NCBI GenBank assembly: GCA_047150005.1 | Contig: AP038806.1 | Location: forward strand, 2,656,001 to 2,720,000 | Direction: 5' to 3' | Length of the DNA stretch: 64,000 bases | Origin: Nitrospira sp. | Lineage (GTDB): Bacteria > Nitrospirota > Nitrospiria > Nitrospirales > Nitrospiraceae | Shown: positions 1 to 8,818 of the stretch, piece after piece | How positions within the stretch are numbered: the first letter of the stretch is position 1 | Layout of the letters: each line of letters begins with the position of its first letter | Program-made: the position numbers and the translations under genes | Notes under the pieces: model-generated | The model's input: only the letters and a program-made list of their open reading frames with translations | Databases searched by the model: none | Told to the model about the DNA's origin: nothing

Positions 1-1
1 T

Positions 2-520
2 CGCGGTTCGCACAAGACAGCGCTCGTGGTGCTCATGTTCGGTCTGGGGCTCTCGGGAGTTGGTCATGCGGCCGAGGAGTTGCCCAAAGAGTCGGTGTTG
101 CCGCTGATGATGGCCAATAAGGCCGCGCAAGCCGCAATAGAGGCCTGTAAGAAGGACGGATACAAGGTCAGCGCTTCGGTGGTGGACCGTGCTGGGGAGA
201 TGCGGGCCATGGGGCGAGCAGACGGTGCCGGACCGCACACGATAGACAGCAGCAGGAAGAAGGCCTATACGGCCGCCAGCTTGCGCCGTCCCACGAGCGA
301 GTTGGCCGACATGATCGGCAAAGTTCCGACCTTGCAGTCGCTGCGCGACATGAACGAGAACGTGCTGATTTTGGGCGGCGGATTGCCGATCGAGATCGGG
401 GGTGAGGTTGTGGGCGGCATCGGGGTGGGAGGTGCCCCGGGTGCGCATCTCGACGACGCCTGCGCGCAGGCCGGACTGGACGCCATCGGTGCCTCTCCGA
501 AAGTTCCTGCTCCAAAGTGA
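2..520 (+). CDS. Exported GlcG/HbpS-family heme-binding protein (frame open to the window edge; start uncertain)
   Basis: Signal-peptide-like N-terminus; motifs VSASVVDRAG, KKAYTA, GGLPI..GGEVVGGIGVGGAPG..DDACA are typical of GlcG/HbpS. Confidence 0.85.
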   Translation, partial: RGSHKTALVVLMFGLGLSGVGHAAEELPKESVLPLMMANKAAQAAIEACKKDGYKVSASVVDRAGEMRAMGRADGAGPHTIDSSRKKAYTAASLRRPTSELADMIGKVPTLQSLRDMNENVLILGGGLPIEIGGEVVGGIGVGGAPGAHLDDACAQAGLDAIGASPKVPAPK

Positions 521-972
521 GGCGGCTGGCCCACGCGACCATCATACTATGGGCCTGGAGCCATCTTGCGGCATGCAACAGCGATATTCCCGAGGTGGCT
601 GTGGCTGAGATGCCGTCGCTCGGCCTCGTGGTCACCGTGACGCGGGTGGCCACACATCCATTTCTAGCCCGGTACGACCTCAGCATGAAAGCCACGGCGG
701 GAGCGGGGTGTTCTGCGACCAGTGAGCTGTTTCCTGATACCGGAGGCGTGAGTCGACGCAATGTATATGCGGGAATCACGGGCTTACTGTACATGGTAGG
801 ACAATACGACGTCCGCGTGTTCAATCGGGACCGCTGTTCGGTTGAGCTGCAGGAGTTTCGTTCGCTGGAGGGTCGGTTGGTTTACCTGGGCACATTCGAT
901 CTCGATCGCGAACACCGGTGGAGATTTTTCCCGGCCGCCGCGCGTCCAGAGCGGCCGTTCGAAAGGTTGTAG
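517..972 (+). CDS. Hypothetical lipoprotein
   Basis: GTGA overlap with upstream stop; lipobox-like LAAC after a hydrophobic stretch. Confidence 0.65.
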   Translation: MRRLAHATIILWAWSHLAACNSDIPEVAVAEMPSLGLVVTVTRVATHPFLARYDLSMKATAGAGCSATSELFPDTGGVSRRNVYAGITGLLYMVGQYDVRVFNRDRCSVELQEFRSLEGRLVYLGTFDLDREHRWRFFPAAARPERPFERL

Positions 973-1013
973 CTGCGATCAGCCGGTTCCGATAATGTCT
1001 GAGCGAGGCCAGT

Positions 1014-1202
1014 CTGAACCAACCGATTGTGGGCTATCATCAGGACGAACAAGGGGACTGGGTGGCGGACCTTGCCTGTGGACATGGGCAACATGTACGG
1101 CATCAACCACCGATGACGAACCGCCCCTGGGTCCTGACGCGGGAGGGTCGTGAGCAGCACCTTGGAGAGGTCCTGTTCTGCAAGAAATGTGAAATAGGCT
1201 GA
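1014..1202 (+). CDS. DUF3565-like small Cys/His protein, apparent CTG start (not in ORF track)
   Basis: Manual translation (L/M)NQPIVGYHQDEQGDWVADLACGHGQHVRHQPPMTNRPWVLTREGREQHLGEVLFCKKCEIG*; GAGG at 1005-1008; in-frame TAA at 993 upstream. Confidence 0.8.
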   Translation: MNQPIVGYHQDEQGDWVADLACGHGQHVRHQPPMTNRPWVLTREGREQHLGEVLFCKKCEIG

Positions 1203-1308
1203 TATGCCTGAATTTGTTTGGTCTGTGGTGGTTCGATGCTATTCTTCTTCTGGAGAAGCGGTCGGAGAATGAGACCGAGAGGGCGTCCGTCCGCTCCAAG
1301 GAGGAAAG

Positions 1309-1938
1309 ATGGCCACACTCACTGCGGCGGATTCGCAGCCGTCCGGTAACGCTTCCAAACAGACTCCCCGAGGAATGCAGCGGGGATATGTTCTGTGGAT
1401 CGGCGTGCTGCTCTTTCTGTACTCCGCCCTGTTTTTCACCCTGGCGTTTTTCGGCCCCCATCTGCAGCCTCTCGTGACATTGTACATGGGCAGTTCCCTA
1501 GCCGACCGCCAGGAGGCGGCGCTGAAACTCCTTTCCCTCAGCGAGACGGTGTCGATTGCGGTCCCGGTTCTGTTTCTAGGGGCGGCAATCTTCAGCCTGG
1601 TGCTGACAAAACGAGTGGCCCGTCCGCTCCACGTTCTGGAGGAGAGCATCGTCCGGTGGGCGGATGGGGATCTGACGACCCGACTGCGGTTTCGACAGGT
1701 GGATCGACTCGATGCACTTGAAAAGTCGATTAACGCGGGGATGCAGGCGATTGACGCCTCGTTTGCGACGATCGCGCGGGAACAGGCACGCGCGAAAGAG
1801 GCCGTGGCCCACATTCGCGCTGCACTTGAGACGCAGCCGGGTTCATCGGAGAAGGCCCTGCAAGGGCTCGACGACGCCAACGATGCCTTTGTCAAAATGG
1901 CAGAAATTCTCCGGAAGTTTCGGTTCACTCGCCGGTAG
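1309..1938 (+). CDS. Two-TM HAMP-domain membrane protein
   Basis: AGGAGG RBS; two TM helices then HAMP-like ARPL...GDLTTRLRFRQVDRLDALEKSIN and a coiled coil. Confidence 0.75.
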   Translation: MATLTAADSQPSGNASKQTPRGMQRGYVLWIGVLLFLYSALFFTLAFFGPHLQPLVTLYMGSSLADRQEAALKLLSLSETVSIAVPVLFLGAAIFSLVLTKRVARPLHVLEESIVRWADGDLTTRLRFRQVDRLDALEKSINAGMQAIDASFATIAREQARAKEAVAHIRAALETQPGSSEKALQGLDDANDAFVKMAEILRKFRFTRR

Positions 1939-1954
1939 GAACGGCTTCCACGTC

Positions 1955-2518
1955 ATGGATATCGAGAAGCGATCATTGGCGGCCGGAGGCTTTACGCTGA
2001 TGGAGTTGATGACGGTATTGGCCATCCTGTCTCTGCTGATTGCCGTGGGTGTGGCATCGTATTCCCGGTTCATCGCCAAAGCCAAATCGGTGGAAGCGGA
2101 GGTCGCGCTCTCCGAAATTCACCGTCTGGAACAGATCCATTATGCTTCGACCGGCACGTACACGGCGAATGTCGACGAATTGGGATTCAGGCCTTTTCAG
2201 CCTCTCAAGTATTATTCGTTGTTCGTTCAAGTCGCCGGTGAGTCGGGCAATGGAGCATTCCGCGCCCTGGCCGTCCCCTTGTCCGGTTCCGGGGAGCAGA
2301 CCTTTTCCGTCGTGCAGTACGCACCGGACAAAGCTTCGTCAAGCGGCGGAGCCGGTCTGTCCGGTCAAGGAAGCGGTAGCGGCCTGGCATTCGGTGGGGA
2401 AGGCTGGAGCGACGAAGGCATCATTCGGCTAGAGACGAGCGGAGCCCAAAAAGGCGGCATTGAGAAAGTCGTGTCGAACCCGAAGCCTGCCGCTGCTCCT
2501 AAGCCGGCGAGCAAGTAG
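1955..2518 (+). CDS. Type IV pilin-like protein (prepilin cleavage/methylation motif)
   Basis: G|FTLMELMTVLAILSLL motif followed by KAKSVEAEVAL; start at MDIEK. Confidence 0.85.
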   Translation: MDIEKRSLAAGGFTLMELMTVLAILSLLIAVGVASYSRFIAKAKSVEAEVALSEIHRLEQIHYASTGTYTANVDELGFRPFQPLKYYSLFVQVAGESGNGAFRALAVPLSGSGEQTFSVVQYAPDKASSSGGAGLSGQGSGSGLAFGGEGWSDEGIIRLETSGAQKGGIEKVVSNPKPAAAPKPASK

Positions 2519-2520
2519 AT

Positions 2521-3633
2521 CTATCCGTGTTCGATGACGGTCGCGACCGGACCGGGTTGCACCGAGAGGTCCAGGCCCGGAGCGTTCCAAGGGACGAGCC
2601 GAGCTTCTTCGTAGTGATACCCACCCATAACGGGGTCGTTCGCCAGAAGCAGCGGCGTATCGAGGTCTAATACCTCGAACCCCTTGATCCCGAGAACTAG
2701 ACTGAAGGAACAGCCCATCGCCACTCTGGTTTCCACCATCCCGCCCACCATCAGCCGCAGCCCGGAGGAAAGCGTATAGGCCGCGATTTCTCGAGCCTCG
2801 ATCAGACCGGTCTTCATAATCTTGATGTTGATGAAGTCGGCGGCATGACTGGCCACGACGCTGTGCGCGTCGGCGAGCGAGCGGACGGATTCATCGGCCG
2901 CGACGGGGATGCCGGTGTCGCGTCGAATGGCGGCGAGCCCCTCGAGATCGTTGCGCGGAAGCGGTTGCTCCAACAAGGTCAACACACCTCCGAAGTGTTT
3001 CACCCCTGCGACGAAAGCCGAACACTCGTCGCGTGAAAATCCCTGGTTGCCGTCGCCGATAAACGCGATTCCTGCCAATGTATGATGGAGTGCTCCCAAG
3101 CGCCTGATATCTTCCTCCACATCTTTGCCGACCTTCATCTTGAAGAGGCGGAAGCCTCTGGCGTACCAACGGCGTCCCAGGTCGATGGTTTTTGCCAGAT
3201 CGCAGATCGGGATTGTGATATCGCTTTCTCGTCTCCGAACGTCGGCCCCTCCCCAGAGCGTCCACATGGGGATACCCAAGGATCGGCAGTAGGCATCGAC
3301 GGCGGCGGTCTCCAAGCCGCAGCGCGCGGCCGGCTGATGCGGCTGGTCGTCCTTGAGGATATCCGCAAGGTGGGCGAAGCGGTCGACTCGTTCCGTGACC
3401 ATGCGCTCACCGAGTCGTTTCAACGCATTCAGGCACGAGCTGCGAGTCTCTCCCCCGACTTCGGGAAAGGGAGCCGCTTCGCCGTAACCATGCACCCCGT
3501 TGGCTAGCGTCACGCGCACGAAGACATTCTCCGCCGACAAGCGAACTCCGGTCGCGACGACAAAAGGATCCGTCATCGGCACATCAACCGGCCAGAATTC
3601 AATCCTGCGAATCGTGAGGCTCTCGGTCGGCAT
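2521..3633 (-). CDS. Dipeptide (L-Ala-D/L-Glu) epimerase, enolase/MLE superfamily
   Basis: GYGEAAP, FKMKVG, DGNQG, EQP, ADES, NIKIMKTG, DLD motifs. Confidence 0.85.
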   Translation of the reverse strand: MPTESLTIRRIEFWPVDVPMTDPFVVATGVRLSAENVFVRVTLANGVHGYGEAAPFPEVGGETRSSCLNALKRLGERMVTERVDRFAHLADILKDDQPHQPAARCGLETAAVDAYCRSLGIPMWTLWGGADVRRRESDITIPICDLAKTIDLGRRWYARGFRLFKMKVGKDVEEDIRRLGALHHTLAGIAFIGDGNQGFSRDECSAFVAGVKHFGGVLTLLEQPLPRNDLEGLAAIRRDTGIPVAADESVRSLADAHSVVASHAADFINIKIMKTGLIEAREIAAYTLSSGLRLMVGGMVETRVAMGCSFSLVLGIKGFEVLDLDTPLLLANDPVMGGYHYEEARLVPWNAPGLDLSVQPGPVATVIEHG

Positions 3634-3774
3634 GTGATATACCTGCGTGGGCGACATGGTACCGGGATCCACGGACGAAGTCAGCCGATTGTGTGACAGC
3701 CGGATATCAGATCGCTGACTTGACTTCCAACCTTCACTGGTCGAGAACATCGAGCAGGAGCAGATGAGCGTGGC

Positions 3775-6561
3775 ATGAAGAAAGGGCTTGCGGTCGCTAC
3801 GATAGGGATAGCTCTATGCGGGCTGGCGGCGGCAGTGTGGCTGCTCGTGCCGTCGGCCGCATCCCTTCTGCTTGAACGGTGGCTGCATGACGTCGGATTT
3901 GAGGAAGCGACGGTCCGGGTGGGATTGCCCGGATGGGGTCTGATTTCTCTCCCGAACATTCGGCTGAAGCATCTCCTTCAGGATGAGGCGCTGATCATCG
4001 AATCAAGGGAGACGGTGATCAGATACAGCCTGGCCGGTCTCCTGGCCGGACGGTTCGATGAGGTGGCGCTGCCGGACGTGCGGATGGCATTGACGGCTGT
4101 TCCGTCCCCAGCGCCCCATGCGGCCGAGGCGGATGAGCGGGGCGTGCACGAACAGTTCTTTTCACTTTTCAATATGGTCACCGTCAGTGATCTGGTCAGG
4201 GGCATCCCTCTGCTTCCCTGGGACAACCTGCAACTCGGGCGGTTGGAAATTACTCGCGAACAGGCGATCGGGCCGTTCAGACAGTTAGCGGTAGCCGGAT
4301 CGGTCCGCCAACGCGGGGAAGGGTTGCTTGCGACCATCACCGTTCAAGGAAACGACACGCAAGCTTATGAGCTGCGCGTGTCCGACCTGGCCACCGGCAT
4401 CATGTCGGTTCAATTGGCGGCGAACGGTTCTTCTTCTGTTCCGATCCTCAGTTGGCGATCGGAAGCAATCGTCGGTGAGGCGCATGCGCAGCTTCGCGGA
4501 ATGATCGACGTTAATGTTCAGGCGTTGGCGCCGTTTCTCGCGTTGGTCCTGCCCGCCGGATCCGAATGGCGGGAGACGACCGGCCGCATCCAGGCCAATT
4601 GGATCGGAACCGCCTCCACGGCGGCGGCGTTAGCGTCAGTCTGGCACGATCCCGACACGCAGGTGCAAGGGACCATGCAGATGGCCGTGAAGCTTCCATC
4701 GCTTGCAGGTCTAGGGCGCAAACTGACGGCGGCCATGATCGGAACGTTTTCCGGAAGTCCCGGGCAACTGCGCTGGACGATCGAACCGGGTACGATCGCG
4801 TCGGCCGACATCGAATTAAAGAACATGGCTGGCCTTGCCGCATATCGAAAATTCTTGCCCGCCGGCATTCAGGTTTTCCGGATCGAAAGCGGGAGGGGAG
4901 TGAGCGGCGAACTACGCGCAGCCGACTCGCCCCCGAGCATTCGAGTGCAAGGTCCTTTGATGCTGTCGATGGGTTCCACGCAGGATGCCGCACATGCGGA
5001 AATGTCTCTTGCCCTCGTCACGCTCCGCGGCAGCCGGCTCGAATCAGCGGAAGGCACGTTCGATCTCGTCGGAGACCTTCCGAGGCCGCTCACCGAGGGC
5101 CTCTCCATCCAACGAGTCACGGGAAAGGTGGAAGGACGATTTTCCATGCGCGATGCTGAAATTCAAGGATCTCTCCTCCCATCGTCCTCAGTCACAGCCG
5201 TCAAGTTCCGTCAGGGGGCGGTCAGCGTGGATCGTGGTTCGATTGTGCTGGCCAATACCCCGATGTTCCGATTCGTGCCGGCGACGGGAGAATGGACCAC
5301 CACCCTGGCAGCCTTCGCACTGCGAGTCCCGGTGCTCCGCTGGACTGATGAAGAGGTGATGGTTCAGGACGCTCTGCTGAAGATGGAGGAAGCGGGAGGG
5401 GCATACCTGACCAGATGGAAGGGGAGAGGGACGGCGGTGGTTCAGGGCATCACTGTCGGGCGGCAGGCCGGTCGTAGCATCCCCGCCGACCTTACCGTTC
5501 GGCTTGAAGCGGATGAAGTCGCGGTCAAGGCCGACGTTCGAGTCGATACACCGGACCATGTCGTGACCTTGGACGCAGAGGCCGAACATGTTCTTGCGAC
5601 ACACAGAGGATGGGCACGCGGTACGATCGGCCCGATCCTTTTTGATGGGGACAAGGTCCGGCTACGACGGCTGTGGAATTCTTGGCCCTATCCGGTAGAC
5701 ATCGAAGGAGGCAGGGCGCAAGCAACCGCGGAATTGACATGGGACGCGGGTCTTTCGGACGCCGTTGCTATGAAATCCGGCACAGCGGTGATTGCGTTGG
5801 AGAACCTTCGCGGCCACTATCGCGAATTCGCGTTTGCGGGTCTGCACACGACCCTCGACCTTGCTGCGACGTCGCCTGAGAGAGGGGCGACGTTACGGCC
5901 TGCCAAAGTTGAAATCGCCTCATTCAGCCGAGGGATCGAGGCCACGCACATTTCCTTCACGGTACAAAGCGAATCGGATTCGAAAGGGGGGGGCCTCGTC
6001 CTCGAAATCCGTGATGTACGATGGGAGGTTTTGGGGGGGACCATGACGAGTCAGGGTGTACGGGCGGATCTGTCCCATCCTCCCTATGCGTTTATCGTGC
6101 TGGTGAGAGCGGTGGATCTGGGGAAGGTCTTGAGTCTGGAACAGCAAAAGGGGTTGGAGGGAACCGGGCTCCTGGACGGAACCATTCCTGTGAGCGTGGC
6201 TCCAGGCGGGATCAGCGTCAAAGACGGAGCGTTTGAATCCCGTCCGCCCGGCGGGGTCATCCGCTATCATGCTTCTTCTGAAACCAGCAAGGCTTTGACG
6301 GACGCCAATGCCAGTATGGAACTGGTTCTCCAGGCACTCAACAACTTCCACTATGATGTGCTACAAGTTGAATCCCAGTACGGAGAGGATGGATTATTGC
6401 ACCTCAAGGCTCGGCTTGAAGGACGAAATCCCGACATGAAGCAGTCGCCGCCGATCCATTTCAACTTGACGGTGCAGGAAAGCGTTCCGGCTCTCATGAA
6501 AAGCCTCAGGCTCGTCCGGGATATCGAGACGTCGGTCGAAAACCGATTTGTCCTGCCATAG
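3775..6561 (+). CDS. ydbH: YdbH-family (AsmA-like) intermembrane lipid-bridge protein
   Basis: N-terminal anchor, long beta-rich body, C-terminal GGVIRY...ALNNFHY...LEGRNP..PIHFNL; followed by ynbE and ydbL. Confidence 0.85.
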   Translation: MKKGLAVATIGIALCGLAAAVWLLVPSAASLLLERWLHDVGFEEATVRVGLPGWGLISLPNIRLKHLLQDEALIIESRETVIRYSLAGLLAGRFDEVALPDVRMALTAVPSPAPHAAEADERGVHEQFFSLFNMVTVSDLVRGIPLLPWDNLQLGRLEITREQAIGPFRQLAVAGSVRQRGEGLLATITVQGNDTQAYELRVSDLATGIMSVQLAANGSSSVPILSWRSEAIVGEAHAQLRGMIDVNVQALAPFLALVLPAGSEWRETTGRIQANWIGTASTAAALASVWHDPDTQVQGTMQMAVKLPSLAGLGRKLTAAMIGTFSGSPGQLRWTIEPGTIASADIELKNMAGLAAYRKFLPAGIQVFRIESGRGVSGELRAADSPPSIRVQGPLMLSMGSTQDAAHAEMSLALVTLRGSRLESAEGTFDLVGDLPRPLTEGLSIQRVTGKVEGRFSMRDAEIQGSLLPSSSVTAVKFRQGAVSVDRGSIVLANTPMFRFVPATGEWTTTLAAFALRVPVLRWTDEEVMVQDALLKMEEAGGAYLTRWKGRGTAVVQGITVGRQAGRSIPADLTVRLEADEVAVKADVRVDTPDHVVTLDAEAEHVLATHRGWARGTIGPILFDGDKVRLRRLWNSWPYPVDIEGGRAQATAELTWDAGLSDAVAMKSGTAVIALENLRGHYREFAFAGLHTTLDLAATSPERGATLRPAKVEIASFSRGIEATHISFTVQSESDSKGGGLVLEIRDVRWEVLGGTMTSQGVRADLSHPPYAFIVLVRAVDLGKVLSLEQQKGLEGTGLLDGTIPVSVAPGGISVKDGAFESRPPGGVIRYHASSETSKALTDANASMELVLQALNNFHYDVLQVESQYGEDGLLHLKARLEGRNPDMKQSPPIHFNLTVQESVPALMKSLRLVRDIETSVENRFVLP

Positions 6562-6566
6562 GGTAG

Positions 6567-6791
6567 GTGGCGATGACGACGTATCACGGTAAGCGACTAT
6601 TGGCAGCGACGGTCGCGTGGATCCTCGCAGGCATAGTGGCGTGCACGACAGGCTGTACTCCGCGGGTGGAGGTGGCGGCTCCCGAAAAGCCGATTACGAT
6701 CAATTTGAACGTCAAGATCGATCACGAGATCCGCGTGAAGGTGGATAAGGAACTGGATCGTGTGCTGTCGAGCGACAGCGGGCTTTTCTGA
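6567..6791 (+). CDS. ynbE: YnbE-family lipoprotein
   Basis: GCTPRVEVAAPEKPITINLNVKIDHEIRVKVDKELD. Confidence 0.9.
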   Translation: MAMTTYHGKRLLAATVAWILAGIVACTTGCTPRVEVAAPEKPITINLNVKIDHEIRVKVDKELDRVLSSDSGLF

Positions 6792-6794
6792 GGA

Positions 6795-7142
6795 TTGAAG
6801 ATGGGGGATTCGATGCGAAAGGTCGGGGTAATCCTCATCGTCACGGCGTCTTGTTTCTGGTCCGTTCCCGCCGTCTTCGGAATCTCTCTGGAGGAAGCCA
6901 AGGCCAAAGGATTGGTGGGGGAGAAAGGCAGCGGCTACCTCGGGGTTGTCACCCCGTCAGGGCAGGATGTCCAGGTTCTTGTCAATGACGTGAACAAGAA
7001 ACGGCGCCAAGCGTATGAGGACATTGCCAAGAGGAACAAGACACCGTTAGATGCCGTGGAGACCCTGGCCGGGGAAAAGGCGATTCAGAATACCCGCCCA
7101 GGCAACTATGTGGAAGGTCCCGGCGGATGGGTGAAGAAATAG
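6795..7142 (+). CDS. ydbL: YdbL/DUF1318-family periplasmic protein
   Basis: LEEAKAKGLVGE..GYLG, VNKKRRQAYEDIA, C-terminal GWVKK. Confidence 0.9.
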   Translation: MKMGDSMRKVGVILIVTASCFWSVPAVFGISLEEAKAKGLVGEKGSGYLGVVTPSGQDVQVLVNDVNKKRRQAYEDIAKRNKTPLDAVETLAGEKAIQNTRPGNYVEGPGGWVKK

Positions 7143-7178
7143 CGTTGGTTAACGGGTGGCTCGAAGCGTTTTTTGATT

Positions 7179-7823
7179 TCAGGCATACCGATCGTTGATC
7201 CAGGGCAATGCGGTGTTGGAATACCCCCGGACCTCCCAAAATCCCTTTTCGTCTCTGTCCGAAAACGTAATCTCTTTGACCCACTTCGCTCCTTTCCACG
7301 CATACCGTTTCGGAACGATCACCCGCACAGGGCCACCGTGCTCACGAGCCAGAGGGGCTCCATTCCACTTCCAGGCCAGAAGTACGTCATGATCGTCACA
7401 GGCTTCCAGGGGGAGGTTGGTGGTGTAATCGTCGTAGGACTTGAACAGGACGAACTTGGCCAGTGACAACGGGGTGACCGCCGACAGGATGTGTTTGAAA
7501 CTGACCCCTTCCCACTCGTTGTCATAACGGCTCCAACTGGTCACACAGTGGAAATCGGAGACGTCCCTGAACTGGGGCTGCGCCAGGAACTGTTCCCATG
7601 TCCAGGTGACAGGGGAGGTCACGAACCCTCCCAGCGACAACGTCCACTCACTGTGAGGAATTTCCGGCTTAAAACCGAGATCGAGAACGGGAAAGGTTTC
7701 GACGACATGCTGGCCAGGCGGCAGGCGTTCATCACCTTCATGAAAGACCTCCCGTTCCTCTCCACCGCGGCGTGCTTTCGCCCACTGCTCTTTCTTCTGG
7801 ATCAATCGATTCGAGTCGTCCAT
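7179..7823 (-). CDS. Sulfite oxidase-like molybdopterin-binding oxidoreductase
   Basis: RLPPGQ, DFHCVTSWS, YTTNLPL, EHGGPVRVIVPKRYAWKGAKW, GFWEVRGYS. Confidence 0.88.
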   Translation of the reverse strand: MDDSNRLIQKKEQWAKARRGGEEREVFHEGDERLPPGQHVVETFPVLDLGFKPEIPHSEWTLSLGGFVTSPVTWTWEQFLAQPQFRDVSDFHCVTSWSRYDNEWEGVSFKHILSAVTPLSLAKFVLFKSYDDYTTNLPLEACDDHDVLLAWKWNGAPLAREHGGPVRVIVPKRYAWKGAKWVKEITFSDRDEKGFWEVRGYSNTALPWINDRYA

Positions 7824-7980
7824 GTCCAATCCTCCGCTTGCACAGGGTAAGGGAACAAGCGTGTCTCTGACAAGTGCCTCGGGACGAGGACCGCATCGAA
7901 CCAATCTCCTAACTGGTTGTCCTGTAAGGAGGGTAGCTCGACCTGCTACACTTGAAAGGATTCACGCCATACGAGGATTC

Positions 7981-8526
7981 ATGTTCCGACGCGCGCAACA
8001 ATCGATCGGTGTGTGCGTGTGTGTCGCCGTGCTCATCGGCACGCTTGTCAGTCCCGGCCAGGCGGGAGTGAGCGAGGCCAAGGAACAGGTTTCCCCTGCC
8101 GTTGGAACCGAGAAAAAGCCATGGGAGAAACCGACAAAGCAAGGTGCGCTCTCAGGGGCCAGAGCGAACCAGCGACCTGTCGGCGATCAGCGAGCGCACG
8201 TCGTTCAACGACCTAAGCACGTCGCAGGGACTTTCCCGGCGCGCCGCAGTAAGAGTCCTCGGCATACACACGTGAGTAGGATCCCGAAGGCCAAGGTCAT
8301 GATCCAACCGTCTCAGCGGGAGCTGGTGTTTCATGGTCTACTGGAAACCCCGCAGCGGTACGACCCTCGGTTGAATCACCGTACAGCAAGGATGCCGGCT
8401 ATTCAGACACCGGATGTCGCACGGGACCACTTTCTTGAACTTGACCGCAATCAGGACGGCCATGTCGATCCGGTCGAACGGACATTCGGCCGATTGGACA
8501 TGGAGCACGATCTCCAGCCTCGCTAG
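7981..8526 (+). CDS. Exported hypothetical protein with a C-terminal EF-hand-like loop
   Basis: Signal peptide; DRNQDGHVDPVE matches the EF-hand loop pattern; GAGG RBS. Confidence 0.65.
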   Translation: MFRRAQQSIGVCVCVAVLIGTLVSPGQAGVSEAKEQVSPAVGTEKKPWEKPTKQGALSGARANQRPVGDQRAHVVQRPKHVAGTFPARRSKSPRHTHVSRIPKAKVMIQPSQRELVFHGLLETPQRYDPRLNHRTARMPAIQTPDVARDHFLELDRNQDGHVDPVERTFGRLDMEHDLQPR

Positions 8527-8818
8527 GTCGTGAGCTCAAAGCCGGAGGCGGCTCCCCATTCGCTTCCAGCCGATGGACCTCTCTGCACCGCTCGACCTGG
8601 TGAACCTATGTACCTTCGTCGCCGCCTGGTTGACCCGATGGGGTCTTACGGCAACCGACGTTGACAGCTGGAACCGGAATTCCCATGATACGTCTTCAAT
8701 GATGGTCCCGTCGCTCAAGACTCTCCCTGCCGGCGCATCTCAGTCCGTGATCCTTCCCATAAAATCAAAATGCCCTGCTCCGTCATCATGTTGAGAAGGA
8801 AGAGAACAAGGATGAACT

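Noticed and set aside
8527..8818. Short ORFs 8573-8794 (+) and 8536-8718 (-)
   Set aside because: No recognisable motif or convincing RBS; left as unexplained intergenic DNA
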